Positions 38,679 through 51,650 of a stretch of 64,000 bases of DNA are shown here, one piece after another. Every line of letters starts with the position of its first letter. Position 1 is the stretch's first letter. The stretch is from Octopus sinensis. Taxonomy: Eukaryota. The stretch covers positions 6,386,001 through 6,450,000 of the forward strand of contig NC_043001.1 in NCBI RefSeq assembly GCF_006345805.1, given 5' to 3'. Made by a program: the position numbers and the translations under genes. The notes beneath the pieces are model-generated. The model ran no database searches, was not told where the DNA came from, and saw only the letters and a program-made list of their open reading frames with translations.

Positions 38679-38877
38679 AATTTTTTTCTCTCTGAAGTCC
38701 ACACTATAAATTACACATATATATATGCATACAGTGGGCTTCTTTGTTTCCGTCTACCAAATCTACTCACAAGTCTTTGGTCGGCACGAGGCTATAGTAG
38801 AAGACACTTGCCAAAGGTGCTCGGTCAAAAATGAGAAAGAATCATCAGTATTCTTTGTTGTTATTTTTGTTGTATTT

Positions 38878-39460
38878 AAGACGGCGAGCTGGCAGAAACG
38901 TTAGCACGCCGGGCGTAATGCTTAGCGGTATTTTGTCTGCCGTTACTTTCTGAGTTCAAATTACGCCGAGGTCGACTTTGCCTTTCATCCTTTCGGGGTC
39001 GATAAATTAAGTATCAGTTACGCACTGGGGTTGATGTAATCGACTTAATCCGTTTGTCTGTCCTTGTTTGTCCTCTCTATGTTTAGCCCCTTGTGGGTAA
39101 TAAAAAAATAGGTATTTCGTCTGCCGTTACGTTTTGAGTTCAAATTCCGCCGAGGTCGACTTTGCCTTTAATCTTTTCGGGGTCGGTGAATTAAGTACTA
39201 GTTACCCTCTGTGGTCGGTGTAATCGGCTTAATCCGTTTGTCTGTCCTTGTTTGTCCCCGCTCTGTTTAGCCTCTTGTAGGCAATAAAGAAATGGGTATT
39301 TCGTCAGCCGTTACTTTCTGAGTTCAAATTACGCCGAGGTCGACTTTGCCTTTCATCATTTTTAGGTCGATTAAATAAGTACCAGTTATGCTCGGGGGTT
39401 GATGTATTCGACTTAATCCATTCCCCCCAAGTTGCATATGTGGCAATAATTTGAAATATT
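38878..39460 (+). mobile_element. SINE family A trimer
   Basis: Head acggcgagctggcagaaacg followed by three units. Confidence 0.9.
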
Positions 39461-39967
39461 TTTGTTGTTCTCTTTGTTATTTCTATTTGGAAAGTTGTTC
39501 TATGTCACTCCTCCTTACTGCAGATTACCAAGGGAAACGACGTGACACTTCGCTGAAGTAGCGCGTACTTTAGTTGTCTGCATTATCTCTTTTTTTCTTT
39601 TGGTCTGGTGGTGGGTGGTGAAGAATTCTACAGTTACCGGACAAAATTTTGCGGTTGTTATTTCTATCTTTTATAAATAAGGGAATGTTATAAATACGCC
39701 TCATAAATAATTCGAACGTAAACAAACATATTTTTACAAGCAGTAGTTGGAGAAAATGTAATCTTCAGCAAAACATTTATTTTAGAAGAAGCAATTAATA
39801 GCTTTTTGACTAAAAATAACATAATTTTTAGCAATTTAATCAGGGAAATGATAAAATGAACAGTTAAACACACACACACACACACACCCTTTCACCATGT
39901 TCATGACACAATGAATAAAATATACGAATCGAGAAGTGGGGGAAATATTTCCGACACACATTTTTTT

Positions 39968-40147
39968 CAGTTCTATATTTAAGAGATGCGGAATTATGTA
40001 CATGATTTACATTATTTACATTCAATGGATATTTGTCCTCATCTTGTTTGTTGTTAAGACAACGTTTCAGCTGATATACCCTCCAGCCTTCATCAAGTGT
40101 CTTGGGGGAAGTTTCGAACCTAAGGTATTTTTCGATGTTGTTGTTAC

Positions 40148-40197
<50 letters not shown>

Positions 40198-40269
40198 TAA
40201 CTACCTGGAATCGAACTTGGAATCTTTGGGTGAGTAGCCCTCGCTCTTAACCAGTACGCCATACGCCCG
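39968..40269 (-). mobile_element. H1 SINE, near full length
   Basis: Minus strand: gggcgtatggcgtactggttaagagcgagggctactcacccaaagattccaagttcgattccagg, (AAT)n, aagacac-TTGATGA-a-ggctg-gagggtatat-cagct-GAAA-CGTT-gtctt (40056-40103), tail. Confidence 0.88.
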
Positions 40270-40569
40270 TGGGCATATAGCTAAAATAACGTACACATTT
40301 TTTGTTGAAACTACTCTAAAATCGAAATATCTGAGACAGAAAATATCTACCTGGCAAAATGCTTGGCCGTAGCACGTGCTTTTTAAATTTAATTTATTTA
40401 TTTTTACCTGAGCGCTATATAGTCCGGTGAGAAGTAGGATGCCACACTTTATCTAGAAAAATATAAATTAAATTCTAATGTACGTGAAAGTGTATCGTCA
40501 GAAAATTTGTTCAATCTTCTAATCAAAAACTGCCAATGAAAAACTGCGAAAATAATATTCGTTTCAATT

Positions 40570-40772
40570 TATGGCACAAGGCCAGCAATTTGGGGGAAGT
40601 GCTGTCTTCATTACATCCACGCCAGGATTCAACTGGCATTTATTTCATCGACTCTGAGACGATGAAATACAATGTCGACATCGACAGCAATTAAATTCAT
40701 AACGTAAACACGGACGAGATGCTGTTAAGCATTTTGTCCGGCGTGCTAACGATTCTGCCAGCTCGCAGCCTT
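40570..40772 (-). mobile_element. Old SINE family A-related copy
   Basis: ggcacaaggccagcaatttggggg...gctaacgattctgccagctcgcagcctt. Confidence 0.75.
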
Positions 40773-41596
40773 AAAAGGAAAAATAATATTAACTCTTGTT
40801 AATGTTATTATAATAAACGGAATACTCACCAATCGTTTTGATTGTCCCACTGGTTATTTGTAGTGATAATGGAAAGAAAAAAATGTTTGATCAGGTCAAA
40901 TAATTTCCTCTGAACATACACTGCGAACAAGAAAATCGATATCAATCTCAGTATTCGAAAAATTAAACAACATTCAACATTTTGCAAACAGATTTTGCCA
41001 GCACAAATTTATCAACAAATTTTAATAATATTTAGTTTAATTTCTTATTTGGAAACAGTTTGAATGATGACTATACAAAGTGTTTTAATTAAAAACAATA
41101 TTGAACGTAGTTTTATCAATGTAACTATCATACAGTATTCAATAACATTGTGATCATAACATTTTACAGCCTGTTTTATTTTACTGATTTATTATGAAAA
41201 GATTTAAGTAATGAATTTTAAAATACGTTACAATTTCGTCATTTTAATTAATTTTCTTTTTTTAAATAAATATTTATCAAAATTTATATAATATTTAAAT
41301 TGTTTACTGTCAAATAATTTCAAATTAATTATCGGCATTTCTATTTATGACATCCATATGTCATGTCGTGGTTACTTGTCGTATAAATGTCACTAGAAAG
41401 AACGTTTGCATTCCGTGTACAAACTACTTTCATCAATAAAACAATAGCATTTAAGGAAACTGATAAAGTTCTGTGATGGATGACAATGCAAGAAATAATA
41501 AAGCATGGAATACAAGCGGAATTGCCGCGAAGCCTTACTTCCATTCTTAAAGCGAGACATTATAGAGTTGTTTCGTCAAGGTACATAACAATACAG

Positions 41597-42011
41597 AAGG
41601 TGGTGAGCTGGCAGAATCGTTAGCGCACCGGGCGAAATGCTTAGCAGTATTTCGTTTGTCTCTACGTTCTCAGTTCAAATTCCGCCGAGGTCGACGTTGC
41701 CTTTCATCCTTTCGGGGTCGATTAAATGAGCACCAGTTACGCACTGGGGTCGATGTAATCGACTTAATCCGTTTGTCTGTCCTTGTTTGTCCATTCTATG
41801 TTTAGCCCCTTGTCGGTAGTAAAGAAATAGGTATTTCATTTGCCGCTACGTTCGGAGTTCAAATTCTGCCGAGGTCGCCTTTGCCTTTCGTCCTTTCGGG
41901 GTCGATTAAATAAGTACCAGTTACGCACTGGGGTCGATATAATCGACTTAATCCATTTGTTTATCCTTGTTTGTTCTCTCTGTGTTTAACCCTTGTAGGT
42001 AGTAAAGAAAT
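41597..42011 (+). mobile_element. SINE family A dimer with ~18-bp TSD
   Basis: aggtacata(a/g)caatacag at 41579-41596 and 42012-42029. Confidence 0.92.
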
Positions 42012-42429
42012 AGGTACATAGCAATACAGTAGAAACAAATCTGCGATCCAATTGGTCAGCGGATAGAGAAGGGAGAAATAATTATTGGGTGGAATGCGTA
42101 TCTTGTGAACTGTGGGAGAAATTAAACTCATTGGGAAACCAAGAGCTGGGGCAAGAATTCAAATTCTGAGGCAAGATAGAGACAGAATGTAGATCATCCG
42201 TTCGTTAAAGAGTAAGAGACAAAATGATATTTATGGGTGCTCAAGGCTACTAGGCCTCTAAATCAAATAGCCAAACCATAGAATATGCTACTCTGTCAAA
42301 TCCACAGTTATTGGACCTGGATAAGCTTTTTTTTTTGACAAGTCGCAATGAGTGTTAGTATGTTATCAACTTCATGTGACAGTCCCATGAAAGTGAAGAA
42401 TGCTATTGTTATTTAGCCCTAGGAAACAC

Positions 42430-42867
42430 CGTACTACGCCCGCGTGTTAGTCTCACTTAACAGTATATTTTGCGTATAAAAAGAAGGCTGACACGTTTGA
42501 GTGAACATGTTTAGTTATAATCAAGGCACTCCAAATTTAATCTGTCTGGTGGGAAAGTGAATAGGATTCATTTGTATGTAGTCCAATGGTTTAAATTTAA
42601 ATTGAATTGTTTACTGTGTAGCTTCATCATGATAAGTGGCAGAATGAATTTTGTGAGTGAATAATTATTTGTGTATGTATTATGTTAAAGTTTGTTAAAT
42701 CTTGGTGTATTACTTTTTTTATGGAAGTATTTTCTTTACTTATCCCTGCTTCATCCGTGGCATTCACTGAATATAGGTAGAGTGGGAAAACCTAAAATTT
42801 TGGAAACATATTTATTGTACCTACGTCTATCTGACCACTCAGTGGTATATGTCTAGTAGCGGGGGTC
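42430..42867 (-). mobile_element. Penelope-like element 3' fragment (endonuclease C-terminus and 3' UTR), copy 1
   Basis: RHIPLSGQIDVGTINMFPKF*VFPLYLYSVNATDEAGISKENTSIKK. Colinear with 46005-46465. Confidence 0.65.
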
Positions 42868-43276
42868 TATCAATTCATCGTGGTGCTACTGCATAAATCT
42901 CTCTGAGAGATTTAGAAATGTATTATTTCTAAGTCGCAATGTGATTGTAGCATATTTATCACACTTTATCAGTTTGTATGTGTGTCTGTGTGTACAATGA
43001 TCAGAAAATTTAACTGGTATGTCTATATGCTTGAGTTAGTATAGCAGTTCATACGAGAGAAAGTGACTGAACATCAACTTCTGACAATTCTGCCAAACCG
43101 TTCACCAAGCTAATGGGATTCTTAAAAGCCACACATATTTTATGCTGAAATTCTATTTGGAACAAAAGGCATACCTGCAATCCTTGATAGAGAAATCAAA
43201 ATGACTACACAAACTAAATAAATTAAATACAATGGAAACAAATGCAAATTAAATCATTTATTATCAAAATGTAATA

Positions 43277-43277
<1 letters not shown>

Positions 43278-43337
<60 letters not shown>

Positions 43338-43354
43338 ATATATGTATATATGTA

Positions 43355-43396
<42 letters not shown>

Positions 43397-43434
43397 TATA
43401 TATATATATATATTATATATATAATATATATATA

Positions 43435-43474
<40 letters not shown>

Positions 43475-43500
43475 TATATATAATATATATATATATATAT

Positions 43501-43575
<75 letters not shown>

Positions 43576-43660
43576 ATATATATAATATATATGTATATAT
43601 ATATATATATATATATTATAATATATATATATATATATGTATATATACACATATAAATAG
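43278..43660. repeat. Long (TA)n microsatellite
   Basis: Read directly from the sequence. Confidence 0.97.
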
Positions 43661-45076
43661 ACACACACACACACGCGCACATATATATCACAACATTCTA
43701 TAAGATGAATATACCAGAATCTTATTTGACGGTTTTGAATTTTATTCACGGCATATATGAGGTCTTAATGCTTATTCCAATTCCATTGATATGAATAAAA
43801 GAAATGTAAGGCTTGATTTACTAAGTTAGTAAAACTGTATAATAATGTTATTCACTCACTCCCTCGGCGAGTTTGTAGGAAATAATACACAAATCATATG
43901 AATTAAAATGAATATAATATATTCTATTCCGTTCATGCTGTTTCTGATTAAAACTTGTTTATCTCGCTATTAGCTACTTTATAAAGAATAGTGAAAAGGT
44001 AAGACCATACATCTTCATTAATATTGATATGAAATTTTGAATTCTTCTTTTCAATTATAAAATGTATTTCACTGTTTCAAGCAAAGTTCTATGTGCATAA
44101 TTAAATGTAATTGAATATATGACAATATGAGTGTTTTTCGAAAGTTTGTGATTTCGTAGAATTCTTACGAAATGAAAAAATGGTAAAGGAATGCTCTGCG
44201 AAACATAATCGCAAACCTTACGTTTTTGAGTTAAAATTCCACCAACGGTAATCCTCAAGACGGGAGAGAAATGGTTACACTACGTTAATACATTTCATAA
44301 GTAGAACATATCTTAGAGATGTATTTTACCTGAGCAGGAGTGTCTTTTCCCGAACCTGATCCGATACCTCTTGCTCACATTCAGTTTCCTAGTATATTAT
44401 ACAAATTTCGAAAATATTACAAGATTGTCGAAATGTCATTTAGCAGCTTCGATGTTGTAAGTATTCGTCGATCACCAAGCGTCGTTTAGGTACCAGAAAA
44501 ATAAAATAAACTCTATTGCATAAATGCTAAAAATCAATATCTGTAGAGAACAATATTTATAGAGCTAGAAAAAACTTTGTAATGTTTCAAAATCGTTTTA
44601 TATACAGAAATTCCTATATTTAAATTCCATTTGTCCGTACGCTCTGCCATGCAAGAATCTAATTAATAAAACTTCGATGACAAGTTGTCTTTTTCTTTTC
44701 TGAATAATATCATTGCAAAGTGCCAGTGTGGTTTGAGATACAAAGAGAAAGATGTTATTGCAGAGTCTAACTTTTCAGACCAAACCAATAAATTTCAATA
44801 TGCCATTTTGTGAAAAGAAGATTATACTGTTTTCTTAATAGGCTTAAAAGCTAAAGAGCCAACGACCACAATTTGATGTAACGAATTAGATTATATGATA
44901 AACACAACAGGCTGGAGAGCACACGAACCATGATAGAGACAAACTACAAAATATTTTATCGCATAAATATTTCCTCTCACGAGTGAAGGAAAAAGAGAAA
45001 ACTACTTTAAATTCATCAGGATGTACTGAACGTGACATATTTAAAACATCACTTAGAATATATATATATATATATA

Positions 45077-45207
<131 letters not shown>

Positions 45208-46004
45208 TAGTGTAGATATATTTACCTATGATATCAATATGTGTTTATGTAATGAAAGTGAGATTTATGTATGTATATATCTTTACACAAGAACACGCAT
45301 CCTTACATTCAAACTTATCACACACAGATCTAGTTGAATATCATATCATTTAATATAATTTTATATAATATTATGTGTGTATATATATATATATACGTTT
45401 AAATATTTGTTGTGCAAGATTTTTTATGTGAAGTCGTGTGTTGAAACAGATATTGTTATATTTATTGGCTAAACTGGCAATATGACCATTCCGAAATATA
45501 ACAATATATATATATATATATGTATATGTATGTGTATATGGTATATATGTATTATGTATATATATATGGGAAAAAAAGAACTTGAAAATGCACTGAGAAT
45601 AGTTAAAATATTCTTTATTCATATACTTGAAGCTTTGACCGGTTTCACAGTTTAAACCGATTTTCTAAAGGTTCGAGTAGAAAGACGTGGTTTATCTTGC
45701 AGTTGTCTTACTTCTGACTAATCCTTAAACATTCCCCAGTTTTTATAAGGAGTTCATGGTTGAATTTAGTATTTGTTTTGAATAGGATTTGATTGATTGA
45801 GGATAGTCACATGACTGGTCTTAGAAATTTTTGCAGGTTCCCAGATACGTCCGTCTGTTTGTATCAAGTAACAATGTTTGGCGTCGTAAATGAAATCCTA
45901 CACAGTTGAGTGAAAATCTTAAAACAATCAATGCCCAGAATGATTTCTGTCACGTATTTGTAGAAAATGAGTACATGATTAAATTTTTAAACTTTTGTAC
46001 GTTT

Positions 46005-46465
46005 CCTACTACGTTCGTGCGTTAATGTCACGTGACGTGACGGTATATTTTGCGCCTAAAAAGAAGGCCGACACGGTTGAGTGAACATATTCAATTTAAG
46101 GCCGACATTGTTATTATCAAGGCACACCAAAATTGATCTGTCATATTGGAGAATGGACAAGAGTCGTTTGTATGTAGTCCCATTTAGATTGTTAGCTGTG
46201 TAGCTCCTTCATGATAAGTGGTAGAATGAATTTTGTGTATGAACAGGTATTTGTGTATGTACTCTATTAAAGTTTGTTAAGTCTTGATTTGTACTTTTTT
46301 ATGAAAGTATTTTCTTTGCTTATCCCTGCTTCATCAGTGGTATTCGCTGAATATAGTTAGAGTGGGAAGACCTGAAATTTTGGAAACTTACTTTTTTCAC
46401 ATATGTCTATGTGGCCACTCAATGGAATATGTCTTGTACTGGGTCCTGATATTTTTTGTCGGTGG
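46005..46465 (-). mobile_element. Penelope-like element 3' fragment, copy 2 (may extend to about 45400)
   Basis: PSTRHIPLSGHIDICEKSKFPKFQVFPL*LYSANTTDEAGISKENTFIKKYKSRLNKL* shows the H...C...E..FI......LN pattern of a PLE GIY-YIG C-terminus. A hammerhead 3' half, GAAACCGGTC, lies downstream at 45637-45646 (-). Confidence 0.7.
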
Positions 46466-46494
46466 ATGATTAGTCTATTTCTGTAAACAATGTT

Positions 46495-47447
46495 TGAGTA
46501 CACTATGTTTGACCTATCTAATCTTCTTTACATCCTTGACATTTGATAGCGTATATGAAATTCCTTGAAGAACATGTAAAGTGATTTTTTAAGTTAAGGT
46601 TTCCTTACTTTAGGCTAGGGATCTCATTTAGCCCTCGAGTTCGATATGCACGCAGCCTTCCACACTTTCCAGTCCTCTTCCTCCATTTGCTCTCAACATG
46701 TAAAGGGGATCAGTGTCTGCACTTGGATGATGGACTTCATGCATCGTAAGGTGTTTTCTTGACTTCCTGTCCGCCTCCTTTAACTAATTCTCTGCCTACT
46801 TCAGAATTCCAGCGCCATACAAAACTACTGTAACTGCGCGCGAGTTTATTGCCGAAATTATGTTTCTGGCATTCAGCTTTGAAGCCAATATTTTTGTCAC
46901 TCGCCGCAGTTACTGTCTTGTCGTGGGGTTTGATTGCAGCTGCCTCAAGTATTCAAAGGAATTTTTAGCTGGATCGAGGCTTTCACTATTTCACCACTTG
47001 GTCCTGACACTTTCACCTTCTATCCTGACAAGCTTTCCTCGTCTCATCACCATCGTAACACATTTTGAGAGTGCAAACATCATCTTAATATCATTGGAAA
47101 AAATCTGCACAGAACGGATTAGGCTGTCCAATTCTGCCTCAATTTTTGCGAATAGCTTCAGGTTGTCCATGAGTAGCAAGTGTTTTAGTTTTCCCTTAAA
47201 TCTTCCCAGATCATATCTCTACTGAAATTTCTTTACTATTTCACTCAAGGGGATCATTCCCAACAGGAAGATCAGTGGGGACACACTGTCCCCCTGGAAG
47301 ATTCCTCTTTTGATTTTCCCCACTCCTAGTATTTAATTACCTGCTGTGAATTCCATTGTCCAGACTTTCATGCTATTCCATATAAGGCTTCTCATATTTT
47401 CCGCTACTCAATACATTTCTATTTTTCTTATTATACAGGAGTATGAT
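46495..47447 (-). pseudogene. Reverse transcriptase fragment, R4/Dong-type LINE
   Basis: IKRGIFQGDSVSPLIF...KHLLLMDNLKLFAK (degenerate YMDD)...FSNDIKMMFALSKC...KLNARNIISAINSRAV...HHPSADTDPLYMLRANGGRGL. Confidence 0.92.
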
Positions 47448-47451
47448 AATA

Positions 47452-47668
47452 GTATTCCATATTTTTGAGATGTGGAATCCTGTACATTATTTACTTTATT
47501 TACATTAGACGGATATGTGTCCTGATCTTGTTTGTTGTTACCACAACGTTTCGGCTGGTTTACTCTCCAGTCTTCATCAAGTGTCCTGTAGGATTTTGAA
47601 CCTAACCTTGGGTTCTCATTCCTAAGGTATTTTTTGATGATGCTATTATTATTATTGTTATTATTATT
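47452..47668 (-). mobile_element. H1 SINE 3' half (linker, hammerhead-like motif, tail)
   Basis: Minus strand ggacac-TTGATGA-a-gactgg-agagtaaa-ccagcc-GAAA-CGTT-gtgg at 47541-47586. Confidence 0.8.
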
Positions 47669-48356
47669 CTACGTTTGACTTTTGCTTTACATTTGCACAA
47701 GCTGGCTCCAAGTCTCACCCAGAGACCTCAAGAGACAACAAGTTGGAAGTTCATGTTGGCGTTATGCCTAGGGTTCCATATATTTGGTTTTGTACTTAGT
47801 GTTGTACTACTAAATGCCTAAAAGACCATACGAAAATTATGTTTGTTTTAAAACTTGAGATTACAAAGAAAGTATTTTGCGTAGGATATGAGCAGTTCCC
47901 ATGAGCACTATCTTTTGAATTTCTGCCATTTTGGGGTTTCCGGGAATCTGAGTTAGGTAGCAATCAGCCCCTTTCGCTATCATTCCCAGGGCACCTATGA
48001 CAACAGGTATTGTTTTAGTCTTCGGCTTCCACATTTTGCTGATTTCTATTTCCGGATCTTTATATTTACTCAGTTTTTGGTAGGTCTTGACAGATACATT
48101 TATATCGATTGAGACAGTCATATCAATGAGGAGGCATGATTTTTGTTTGAAGTCTTTCAATATGATGTCTGGCCTATTCGCGTCTATCTTTCTGTCAGTT
48201 TAAATGGGGAAGTTCCAGAGGAGTGAGATATGGTCATTTTCAAGCACTGGAGGTGGTTTGTGTTCCCACCAGTTTTTATCATGTGTCAAGTCCAGGCTTA
48301 TGCAAATTACCCAGTGAATATATTGTGCAGCTCTATCATGGCTGTTGAGATACTCA
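47669..48356 (-). mobile_element. 5'-truncated R4/Dong-type LINE (RLE domain and 3' UTR)
   Basis: EYLNSHDRAAQYIHW...LLWNFPI*TDRKIDANRPDIILKDFKQKSCLLIDMTV...KLSKYKD...IPVVIGALG...GTAHILRKILSL*. (AAT)n on both sides. Confidence 0.93.
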
Positions 48357-48388
48357 TTATTATCATTATTATTATTATTATTATTATT

Positions 48389-48939
48389 GAGTGAGCGAGC
48401 AGAGCATGCAATCAAAGTGACACTGGGGTAAAATATACGAAGCCCAGTATACCCATCATGACTACCCGTCTGATAAGAGTACACCAGGCACATGCATCAC
48501 AACCATATGTGCGCGACATGGTGATCTCATATCAAGATAAACAGCACATGACCTTGCAGGTGGAGCGCAGTTAGAATTTTCTTCAGATCGAGTAACCCAT
48601 CCCGCTCAAACGGTCCCTGAATAAGGGTTGTTTAAGGATGTTGAAAGAACCACCCATGTTTCCAGAGGTGAACTATTCAAACCCCAAAGAATCCCTCTCA
48701 ACACATGGCTATGATGCTCCCCCACTACTTCTGCTCGTGATCAGAGATGCACATATCGTCAGCCACTAAAGGACATGCTCAACTGGTTAAGGTCAAACAA
48801 CTGACAAGCAAATCTGTGGTATTGAGCAGAATATTTGCTGTAGCCCATCTTTTATACCAAGACAAAACAATGTACATGATAACACTTCCAATCAGTTAAG
48901 ATCAGAAGCCATGAGAGCCACTGCCTGGTACTGCATCAG
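48389..48939 (-). mobile_element. Family F element, copy 2, flanked by (AAT)n
   Basis: Reverse complement of 35414-35937 with a longer 3' end. Confidence 0.85.
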
Positions 48940-48978
<39 letters not shown>

Positions 48979-48984
48979 TTTATA

Positions 48985-49195
48985 TGCTGTCAGAATCGTT
49001 AGTACACCGGGCAAAATTCTTCGGGACATTTCGTCACACTTCCTGTCTTGAATAGAAATTACACCGGGGTCGACTTTGCCAATTATCCTTCGGGATCGAT
49101 GAAATTATACACCAGCTGAACACTGAGATCGATATAATCGACTTACCCGCTTCTCAAAATTTGCTGGCCGTGTGCCAAAACTAAGAACTAATATT
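48985..49195 (+). mobile_element. Old SINE family A-related copy
   Basis: cagaatcgttagtacaccgggcaaaat...gtcgactttgcc...gatataatcgact. Confidence 0.7.
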
Positions 49196-49701
49196 TCAAT
49201 GATTATTTAATTTACAAAATATAATTATTCAAATATTCGTCTTTGACAATATAAGGTAGAGGGCAATGCAATTGGATTTATTTCATGAATTACGCGTTTG
49301 ATTTCTCAGAAATATACATCACCGCCATGATTAAGTTTTTGAAAATATTTTCATCAGCCTTCCACAAAGTCGGATTAAAATTTGTTTACAAATGAAAATA
49401 TTAATTTTCAGTGCCTCGATGTTATTTTATGCTTCATGTGTATAAAATACAATTTTATACTTGTTTCGGGAAAATTCCTGAAAAATACATAAAAATCTAA
49501 CTGCTCTTTTAACAGCTTTAGATACGGTGGACAAAAGGTTTATACATACATACATAGATACATACATACATACATACATACATACATACATACATACATA
49601 CATACATACATACATACATACATACATACATAGAAGATGAATATATAAAATACATACCACTCGTCGCTTAGATAATCGATGTATTACAAAAAAAAACAAC
49701 C

Positions 49702-50060
49702 AAAAATTCTATACAAATGCACGGTATCAACTGAGAATTCCATTTCTAAATATATCGGCCCATGCTGCACTGCCTTCAAAGTAAGAGTTGAGCAATCACT
49801 GTTCTAGCTTCAAAACACCAAGGCTAGAAATCAAATAGCACCGTTTTCTTTTTTTTCTTCTTTATTTCAGCAAAATTCAACTCCATATAATTCAACATGC
49901 TCCATAGTCACTCATGCTAAACCGTATAACGATTCTAACGACAAATGCGATCCATGCATCGCCAAATTCGATTATGCAATCCACAAGTTGTTTGAACGAA
50001 CGAAGTTAATTAAATTTTTGGTTGCAGACACAAATTACACCACACTTTCTCTAAGGACAA
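49702..50060 (+). pseudogene. Penelope-like element GIY-YIG endonuclease domain, frameshifted
   Basis: KILYKCTVSTENSISKYIGPCCTAFKVR/LSNHCSSFK...PYNSTCSIVTHAKPYNDSNDKCDPCIAK...LNERS...CRHK. A pyrimidine-rich probable 3' UTR follows. Confidence 0.8.
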
Positions 50061-51138
50061 ATAACTGCGTTCCACCCCCGTGTCATTGCTCAAATATTCC
50101 CCTGTCGCCCCCCCACCACCACCACCACTTGCAGACCTAAGTTTTCATAACTAACAACATTTTGACCACCTTTATACATTTTACATTATGTTATCCTATA
50201 TTTTTCATTTTTTTTATATTGACATTTTTTTTGTCTCATTCCGTGTTTCCTCAGATTTTAACGCTAAATCTTTCTTCTTAACACGAGAATATACAAGTGT
50301 GCACACGTGCTTTCACACCTACGAGATTCTACAAGTGCACGAAAAATACGCGCCTGGGTGCTAATAAGTGCTTATATAATTTTAAAACTAAGCGATAATT
50401 AAACAACTTAACTATGTTTCTTTACTGACCAGAACATTATCTCCCACCTCACTTTCCTCCCCTCACTGACAATTTCTTAATCTAACACCACTCACAAGGT
50501 CTGTTTCAATACATTTTCAGAGTTCCACAATATATCTACGTTTTTATTCTGTAATAGACCCGTCAATCATACCGGCCTAATTTCACAAAGCTAGTTTAAA
50601 TAATACAAAATTTCCTCCTAACTCTCCCCCTATCCCTTCAATTTTCGTATTTTCATTCCTTTAATGTAGACCCTCCTATAAATTACTTCTTCGCCAATAA
50701 GTTTTTCGTTTCTGTCTCTATGCTTTCCCCGCATTTTGAATCGCATCTCCAACGAGTCAATATGGGATCCCAGGACGACAATGTCAACCACTTTGCGGAT
50801 TGCCTCTTGTTTGGATAATTACAACTTCCAAAGTTCTGCTAGTTATGAAACAGATGTAGTGCGGACACTATGTACTCAAATCCCTAATTTTGGATATTAC
50901 TTCGCATAGACAGTAGCCCCACTAAGCTAGACAACAGATTTTTTTTCAGATTATCTAACTTCGATGTGGGTAAAATTTAAAATTACTACGTCAGTAAAAC
51001 ACTATTGTTCCTGAAAGTTAATTTTTATACCGTCTACGGACTGCTCGAAGCTTACTCTCTTACTACACCTTGATCCATGGATCGCACATTTACTTATATA
51101 TGTGTATGTGCATGTGTGTTTGTGTGTGTGTGTGTGTC

Positions 51139-51171
<33 letters not shown>

Positions 51172-51175
<4 letters not shown>

Positions 51176-51325
51176 GTGAAATTTATAGAAAAACAAAAAA
51201 TGAAGACAGGTGTATGAACAACAAGCAAGTGTATTTGAAGCTCGGGAAAATGTAGAAGCATTTTGCTTTTCGAGCCTACGCTATTGAACAGAAAGGAATA
51301 AGAGAAAATAAACAGAGAGAAAGAG

Positions 51326-51330
<5 letters not shown>
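51172..51330 (-). mobile_element. H2 family copy, degenerate
   Basis: Minus strand ccttt-CTGTTCA-atagc-gtag-gctc-GAAAAGC at 51260-51296. The tail cacctgtcttc is similar to that of the other copies. Confidence 0.65.
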
Positions 51331-51365
<35 letters not shown>

Positions 51366-51557
51366 ATGAAGAAGAAAAAAAACCTGTATATTTCAGCGGT
51401 CCTGCATGGCAAATGTTATATAAGTAAATGCAAAGTTAAGCAAGTTAAGATAAGCAAAGTATACTATTTACATAGAATATAAAATTTGTATATGCTTACA
51501 TACAACAAAGTCCGAAATGATATCAAAAATCAAAGGTTTTGAAGAAATGTATTACAA

Positions 51558-51650
51558 CTCCAACAGCTGTTTCTAGGGACTCAGTGGTCCGAAATTATGC
51601 TTGTAGATTGACTCCATCGTCGGATGAGACGAGCCTTCGTCTTCAGGGAA
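51558..51650 (-). ncRNA. Type I hammerhead ribozyme-like motif with a long stem-II insert (PLE type)
   Basis: ttcc-CTGAAGA-[~66 nt]-GAAAC-AGCT-GTT-ggag. Palindromic tetraloop III, and stem I ttcc/ggag. Confidence 0.5.

Noticed and set aside
42894-42932. Two overlapping short palindromes (10 bp and 8 bp arms)
   Set aside because: Short and AT-rich, next to a TE truncation point; likely repair filler or chance.
50700-51070. Possible PLE ORF start or hammerhead half (GAAACagatGTA at about 50846)
   Set aside because: No matching CUGANGA box found and the frame has several stops; cannot be supported.
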